DNA of 64,000 nucleotides from an uncultured Methanosarcinaceae archaeon (GTDB lineage Archaea; Halobacteriota; Methanosarcinia; Methanosarcinales; Methanosarcinaceae): NCBI GenBank assembly GCA_963727895.1, contig CAVSHT010000009.1, positions 256,001 to 320,000 of the forward strand, read 5' to 3'. Shown piece by piece: positions 58,328 to 64,000 of this stretch (position 1 is its first letter; each line of letters starts with the position of its first letter). The notes under the pieces were generated by a model. It saw only the letters and a program-made list of their open reading frames with translations, ran no database searches and was not told where the DNA came from. The position numbers and the translations under genes were made by a program.

Positions 58328-58591
58328 TTATTGTTCACTAAAATAAACTTTCTGCACAGAAACTTTCTTTTTCTTTGCAGTACTTATCCCGATAATGGAA
58401 TAGAGAGTGCAGTGTCTAAGGATCGCGCTAACAAGTCCCTTAAAAGCAATAAACGCAAATATCCATTTCAAAGGAAATCTTTTTACAAGACCTGTCGCCA
58501 GCGCGAGAGTTGCAAGTACTCCATACATTGTTCGGCACAGGAGATCAAAGCCTCCTACATTTTCTTCAAGAAGTAATTTTTTGAGATTCAT
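58328..58591 (-). CDS. DUF2892/YgaP-type membrane protein
   Basis: ENVGGFD..R, two TM, HCTLYSIIGIST. Confidence 0.8.
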   Translation of the reverse strand: MNLKKLLLEENVGGFDLLCRTMYGVLATLALATGLVKRFPLKWIFAFIAFKGLVSAILRHCTLYSIIGISTAKKKKVSVQKVYFSEQ

Positions 58592-58816
58592 CGTACAAAA
58601 CCCCCTTATAAGCCCTCTTACATAATTATAGCTCCTTCAATATATAGCATTATTCTGTTTGTATTATGTTCAAAGACATTGGTTATTTTACATTTGCCGT
58701 ATACTTGATTATATTCATGTTCCCCAGAAAGTCTTCAGAAAAATTATGTAAACCCTAAGTAGATTCATACTCAAAAAATCATAAAATATATAGTATGAAG
58801 TGGAAGGTTCCTAACT

Positions 58817-60091
58817 ATGCCTGAAATAAAAATTGACAGATCGGTCTCATATCTCGAAGGTACGCAGAGAGTATATGACGAAGATACAACCCTGGAAAAC
58901 ACTAAAGATGAAATAAAAAAGATAGGCGTTACCCGAATTGCTGATATTACAAACCTAGACAGGCTTGGAATTCCTATTTTCTCAGCAATCCGCCCCAGTG
59001 CCGCAAAGGGAGCGATCAGTATTTACTCAGGCAAAGGTTCGACTCAACAGAGAGCTCGGATCTCGGCAATAATGGAAAGTTTTGAACGCTGCCTGGCAGA
59101 AAGACCTGGATTAAATGCAAACATTCATGGAGAAATTTCGGCCTCTGTTCTTGTGGACTCCTATGCCAGTGCCATAGAAAGCTGCACAGTGATTGATCCA
59201 GCAACACTACTTCTACCTCAACCTTATCTACCTCAATCTTTGCTTGAATGGGTTGAAGCCTATGATTTGATGAACAAAGAAGAAGTGTTCGTAAGCTCCA
59301 ATTCGGTATACCATCCTTATGACTCACCTGGAAGGTGTCAAAAACTTTTTCTGAGCAATACCAATGGGCTTGCTTCCGGAAACGTGATTGAAGAAGCTAT
59401 TCTACATGGACTGCTTGAGGTTATAGAAAGGGACGCAATCAGTATCGCGCAATTTTCCCGTAATTTAGGAAAGGAAATCGTGCTGACTGAAGAGGATGGA
59501 TACCTTTACGAACTTGCCAACAAGTTCAAGGATGCAGGAATAGAACTCAAAATATGGCTGGTTCCAACTGATACCGGTATCCCGACAGTAATTGCTGTAA
59601 CTGACGACGTAAAACTCAAAGATCCTGCTCTTCTTGTTATGGGCGCAGGCTCACACCTGAAACCTGAAATTGCAGTTTCAAGGGTCATAACCGAAGCTGC
59701 TCAGTCACGAGTAGTTCAGATTCAGGGAGCAAGGGAAGATACGGATAGGGAAAGTTTTATTCGAAGTGTAGGGTACGACCGCATGAAACGTTTGAACCGG
59801 TTCTGGTTCGAAGAAGGAGAAAAAATATCCCTCTCTGAAGTTCAGGACCTGTCCAAGAATAGCCCTGCGGAAAATATCGATGTGATACTCGAAAAGCTTA
59901 AAGGAATTGCCGAAAGAGTGCTGATAGTTGATCTTTCAAGAGAAGAAGTGAAAGTACCTGTTGTCAGAGTAATCATTCCTGGTTTTGAACTTTTCACTAT
60001 TGATCGGGATAGAAAAGGAAAAAGGATCAGTTCCCAAAGGAAAAAAGAATTTTCAAGAAACAAAAATGATAAACCGTGGAAGAGAAGATGA
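58817..60091 (+). CDS. ycaO: YcaO McrA-glycine thioamidation protein (methanogenesis marker 1)
   Basis: TRIADITNLDRLGIP, SGKG, SNTNGLASGN, EVIERDA, IQGARED, PVVRVIIPG. Confidence 0.93.
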   Translation: MPEIKIDRSVSYLEGTQRVYDEDTTLENTKDEIKKIGVTRIADITNLDRLGIPIFSAIRPSAAKGAISIYSGKGSTQQRARISAIMESFERCLAERPGLNANIHGEISASVLVDSYASAIESCTVIDPATLLLPQPYLPQSLLEWVEAYDLMNKEEVFVSSNSVYHPYDSPGRCQKLFLSNTNGLASGNVIEEAILHGLLEVIERDAISIAQFSRNLGKEIVLTEEDGYLYELANKFKDAGIELKIWLVPTDTGIPTVIAVTDDVKLKDPALLVMGAGSHLKPEIAVSRVITEAAQSRVVQIQGAREDTDRESFIRSVGYDRMKRLNRFWFEEGEKISLSEVQDLSKNSPAENIDVILEKLKGIAERVLIVDLSREEVKVPVVRVIIPGFELFTIDRDRKGKRISSQRKKEFSRNKNDKPWKRR

Positions 60092-60747
60092 AAGCAGGAA
60101 CCGTAATCTTTACAGGTAACAGCATCACTCACGAAGAAGCAAAAAAAATTTTGAAAGCAAATTACCAGCCTCCTGTACGCAGGTTTCAGCTTGAAAAATT
60201 CGTTCAGCAAGGATATAAATTTATAGGGATAATAGATGGAATTTTTTTTGATAGAGCTGCTGTAGGACATAGAGAGATTTTGTCTGCACTTAATGCAGGT
60301 GTAAAGGTTGTAGGAGGTGCCAGCATGGGAGCCCTCCGTGCTTCAGAACTGGATACTCACGGAATGATAGGGGTAGGAAAGGTTTATGAATGGTACAGAG
60401 ACGGTGTAATCGAATCCGACGATGAGGTTGCAGTAAGCACAAATCCCGATACTTTTGAACCCATTTCAATACCTCTTGTCAATATGAGGGAAACCCTGAA
60501 AGCCGCATTTATCTCAGGAGTTATAAGCGAAAAAGAGCATAATGATCTTCTGGAGCTTGCAATTGAAACCTATTATCCTGACAGAAGTTATTTGGGGCTT
60601 GTAAAAGAAGGAGTGAAAAAAGGACTAATTCCTGAAGAAAAGAAAAAACTTATTCTGGATTTTTGTAAAGACAATCAAGTTGACGTAAAAAAAGAAGATG
60701 CTATCCTTGTACTTGAGACCATAAAAAAACTGATAGATGAAACCTGA
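60088..60747 (+). CDS. tfuA: TfuA thioamidation partner
   Basis: IIDGIF, GHREI, GASMGALRASEL, DDEVA; ATGA overlap with ycaO. Confidence 0.93.
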   Translation: MKAGTVIFTGNSITHEEAKKILKANYQPPVRRFQLEKFVQQGYKFIGIIDGIFFDRAAVGHREILSALNAGVKVVGGASMGALRASELDTHGMIGVGKVYEWYRDGVIESDDEVAVSTNPDTFEPISIPLVNMRETLKAAFISGVISEKEHNDLLELAIETYYPDRSYLGLVKEGVKKGLIPEEKKKLILDFCKDNQVDVKKEDAILVLETIKKLIDET

Positions 60748-61286
60748 AGATAGAAGAAACATGAAACTTCAAACCCCTTTCAAGACCCTCTCTTTAAATA
60801 TTTCTAGATCATCAGTTTTTAATTTCGATTTATTAGTGTTTTCTTTTTTCAGTGATTTAAAATGTAAATAATGAAATTGAGTGTTTAGACCTGATTAATT
60901 AATTTCTGGTTTCCTTTCTTTAGCACTCCAAATTTAATCTATTTCTATACTTTAAGTAGTCCACTTTCCTGGGTACAGAAGTAAAAAAGACTAAAGTTTA
61001 CTTAGTACTTTATGTATGATTTTCAAATTATGTGCTTTTTTTCTTTCCAGACACTTTTTCTGTTCCTTAGAAATTAATTAGATGAAAATTATTAATATGA
61101 ACACATCGATATTTAGAAAGGGAATAAAATAAGGTGGTCAGAGCATAGAGAGCAAGTTTGAAAGATTCTAATTGCTATCTGTGGATCTGAAAGTTACTGA
61201 GAAAACCGTAAACCTGTTAAAATAATGAAAACTCGGGGTACAGGAGTAAAGTTTCAGGACATAAATCGATAACATGAGGAGTAATT

Positions 61287-61775
61287 ATGGAAGAAAATAT
61301 TGAATCTAAGCCAAGAAGACAGATACTGATTGCTACCGATGGTTCAGAAACTGCAAATGAAGCTGCAGATTTTGGAATTGAAATGATTGGGTGTAGTGGA
61401 GCAAAAATATATGCTGTTTATGTAATCGATACAACACCCTATCGCTCAGTTCCACTAGATCAAATATGGTCAAAAGAGACACTTGAGGACTTTGAGAAAG
61501 AAGGACAGGAAGCAACAGCTTATATTGAAAAAATTGGAAAAGCTGCTGGTGCTGAGGTTGAAACCAGAGTGCTGAAAGGAAATCCGGCTGAAAAGACTTT
61601 GACCTTTGCAGAAGACAATAATCTCGATATGATCATTGTAGGGTCACTTGGAAAAAGTGGATACGAACGTCTCTTAATGGGAAGCGTATCCGAAAAGATA
61701 ATAAGACATGCAAAAGTCCCGGTTCTGGTTGTTAGAGAAAGACATAAAAGTGAGAAAAAATTGATACAGGAATAA
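61287..61775 (+). CDS. Universal stress protein
   Basis: ILIATDGS, IIVGSLGKSG..LMGSVSEK. Confidence 0.92.
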   Translation: MEENIESKPRRQILIATDGSETANEAADFGIEMIGCSGAKIYAVYVIDTTPYRSVPLDQIWSKETLEDFEKEGQEATAYIEKIGKAAGAEVETRVLKGNPAEKTLTFAEDNNLDMIIVGSLGKSGYERLLMGSVSEKIIRHAKVPVLVVRERHKSEKKLIQE

Positions 61776-62149
61776 ACAGTCCTGAGCGTTAAATTAGATA
61801 ATCTGATTCTTTTTAGAAATTTGTATTAAATTAATCGCTAAATTAAAAAATTAGCTTAAAGTGGGCAAATGGGGAGAAAAAAAGGTTTGGAGAAGAATCT
61901 TTTCAAAATCTGAAAAGGTTGTCAGGAATACAAAAGTTCCGATACTTGTTTTTCATGGGAAGAACTCATGAAAAGAACAGGAAATTCAGGACCTCTAATG
62001 AGCTGCCTTCCAAACCCAAAATTTTTTTGTAGTTTATTTTTTGAGTAATTAGTATATTTTCCATAAGACAGAAGATAAAAAATAGATTGGTTAACAAAAT
62101 AATATTTTGGTGTCAGCTCGAAGAAATTCCAGAATATATGGAGGTAATT

Positions 62150-62641
62150 ATGGAAAAGAGTGACAAGTTTAAATTTGAACCAATTACAAAAATTATGATA
62201 GCAACTGACGGCTCAAAAGCCGCTGAAAATATAGTTGATTTCGGAATAGAAATTGCGAAGTATAGTGGAGCAAAAATCTATGCTGTATATGTAATTGATC
62301 TAACATTTCTTGACTCGATCCTGATGGATGAATCATGGGTAAAAAATGCCTATGAACATTTTGAAAGAATTGGTCTTGAAGCAATAAATTACATAGAAGA
62401 AAATGCAAAAATTGCCGGAATAGAAACTGTGCCCATACTGCTCAAAGGGCATCCAGCTGAAAAAATTCTGGATTTTGCGGAAGAGCAGAAAGTCGATATG
62501 ATTGTCATGGGGTCAACTGGAAAAAGCGAGGTTGAACGTTTCATGCTCGGAAGCGTGTCCGAAAAAGTCGTGAGAAATTCAAAAGTCCCGGTACTTGTCA
62601 CACGTGAAAAGTATAAACCTGATAGGTTCTTTAGTAGTTAA
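62150..62641 (+). CDS. Universal stress protein
   Basis: IMIATDGS, VMGSTGKS..MLGSVSEK; GGAGGT RBS before ATG 62150. Confidence 0.9.
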   Translation: MEKSDKFKFEPITKIMIATDGSKAAENIVDFGIEIAKYSGAKIYAVYVIDLTFLDSILMDESWVKNAYEHFERIGLEAINYIEENAKIAGIETVPILLKGHPAEKILDFAEEQKVDMIVMGSTGKSEVERFMLGSVSEKVVRNSKVPVLVTREKYKPDRFFSS

Positions 62642-62669
62642 ACGAAGAAAAAAGGATGGGGGAAAATCA

Positions 62670-63167
62670 ATGCTGAGTGGAAAGATGGAAGAAGCGCTAA
62701 ATGAGCAGATCAATAAGGAAATGTATTCGTCTTGTCTGTATCTTGCTATGTCAGCATACAGTTCATCAGCAGGTCTTTCGGGATTTGCTCACTGGTTTAG
62801 AGTTCAGGTTGAAGAAGAAAACATCCATGCAATGAAGTTATTTGATTACATAAACAACCAGGATGGTAGAGTGAAGCTGAAAGAAATTAAAGAGCCGCCT
62901 ATGGAATTCGGAACAGCTATGGAAATGTTTCAGCAGACCCTGAAACATGAGCAGTTCATCACTCGCTCGATTCATGAGCTGGTAGAGCTTGCAAACACTG
63001 AAAAAGATGAAACTACAGCTTCCTTTTTGCAGTGGTACGTTGAAGAGCAGGTAGAAGAGGAAGAAAACGACAATGAAATTATTGCCAAACTGAGAGGAGT
63101 CGATAAAAATGAATATGTAATTTCCTCGGTTGATCAAGAGCTGGCAAAAAGACTTCCTCCAAGATAA
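62670..63167 (+). CDS. ftnA: Ferritin
   Basis: QINKEMYSS, EEENIHA, HEQFIT, FLQWYVEEQVEEE. Confidence 0.92.
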   Translation: MLSGKMEEALNEQINKEMYSSCLYLAMSAYSSSAGLSGFAHWFRVQVEEENIHAMKLFDYINNQDGRVKLKEIKEPPMEFGTAMEMFQQTLKHEQFITRSIHELVELANTEKDETTASFLQWYVEEQVEEEENDNEIIAKLRGVDKNEYVISSVDQELAKRLPPR

Positions 63168-63296
63168 CCTATCCAGAAAACCGAAGAAAAAAGATTTTTG
63201 GAAAAACATTTGTAGAAGAGGAAAAACCTTTCAGTTAATTTTTCATAGAAATGTTCAGTCAGGTTTTAATATATGAAACCTGAAAAGCACAGTGAA

Positions 63297-64000
63297 ATGT
63301 TAGACAACATAGAACTTGACATAGTGAAAAAATGTTTTGAATGGCTTTCTTCCCAACAAATTCAATCCGTAAAAGAACTTTCAAGTACCTTATCTGCACA
63401 CGCTCGATGGTCGCTTTCGAATCCTTATATAACTCGCCTGATCCTGAAACAGGAAAATGATGGTTCCTGGAACTCTTCAATTAGGGATACGGCTAGGGCA
63501 TGCTCAGCCCTTTCAACAGAAGGAGTCGTATTCATGGCTTCAGCAAAATGGCTGCTTGCCAGAAAAAAAGAGAATTTCTGGAATAAAGACGTTTATGATA
63601 CAGCTTATGCTGTTGCAGCTCTGGTAGATATGGGAACTCAGGATAAGGACGGATGCAACTGGCTGTATGAAAACTATTGCCCTGCCTGGGAACAGGTCGG
63701 CACTACGTCCCTTATCATTATAGCTCTCAAAAAACAGGAAAATCTGGCAAAAACCAAAACCTTTGAGACTTTTATCCGGGAAAAAGCCAAATGGATACTT
63801 TCAAAAAGAAGGCCAGAAGGAGGTTGGGAACATATTTCCACAAGCAACCTGGCAATTCAGGCCCTGCTTCTTGCAGGTTTTAAAGAAGAACTTGAAGCTT
63901 CAGTCCACTGGCTCCTTAAAAACGTTCACGAAACCGGAGCCTGGGGAAATAAGAAAGATGATATAAACGCTACTGCACTGACTCTGAGTACATTCGGGCT
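63297..64000 (+). CDS. Prenyltransferase/squalene-cyclase (QW)-repeat alpha-barrel protein, 3'-truncated by window
   Basis: Open frame from ATG 63297: KQENDGSW..DTARA, WLL, EGGW, TGAWG. Confidence 0.75.
   Translation, partial: MLDNIELDIVKKCFEWLSSQQIQSVKELSSTLSAHARWSLSNPYITRLILKQENDGSWNSSIRDTARACSALSTEGVVFMASAKWLLARKKENFWNKDVYDTAYAVAALVDMGTQDKDGCNWLYENYCPAWEQVGTTSLIIIALKKQENLAKTKTFETFIREKAKWILSKRRPEGGWEHISTSNLAIQALLLAGFKEELEASVHWLLKNVHETGAWGNKKDDINATALTLSTFG

Noticed and set aside
58817..60747. ycaO-tfuA as a novel RiPP cluster
   Set aside because: Matches the established methanogen McrA thioglycine system; no precursor peptide or transporter nearby

Overview
AT-rich archaeal chromosomal segment, almost certainly Methanosarcina (cofD, pscS plus cysS, csl4-rpoL, methanogenesis marker 9, DmrX-type flavoprotein, ycaO-tfuA, archaeal RNase P RNA). 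Housekeeping blocks alternate with decaying accessory patches at about 20.6-28.2 kb (3' of tRNA-Thr), 37-46 kb and 54-58 kb. These patches hold six full-length ~740-bp IS1-family copies, one palindromic IS1 remnant, an IS110 element nested in an IS1, several ~120-130-bp MITE-like elements and about ten pseudogenes. RNA genes: tRNA-Gly(CCC), tRNA-Thr(CGT), RNase P RNA and a fluoride riboswitch before crcB. Highlights: (1) a readable candidate bridge RNA in the IS110 non-coding end, with guide segments matching both its donor junction and its IS1 target; (2) an aerolysin/ETX-MTX2-like beta-pore-forming protein; (3) an intact radical-SAM/SPASM-like protein that has lost its Fe-S cysteines; (4) a Bacillus LmrA-like TetR with two LmrA-type operators; (5) a secreted Met/Asn-rich repeat protein; (6) a low-complexity repeat extension on Csl4. 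No CRISPR array or integrase was seen. All family assignments come from motif recognition by eye, not from database searches.
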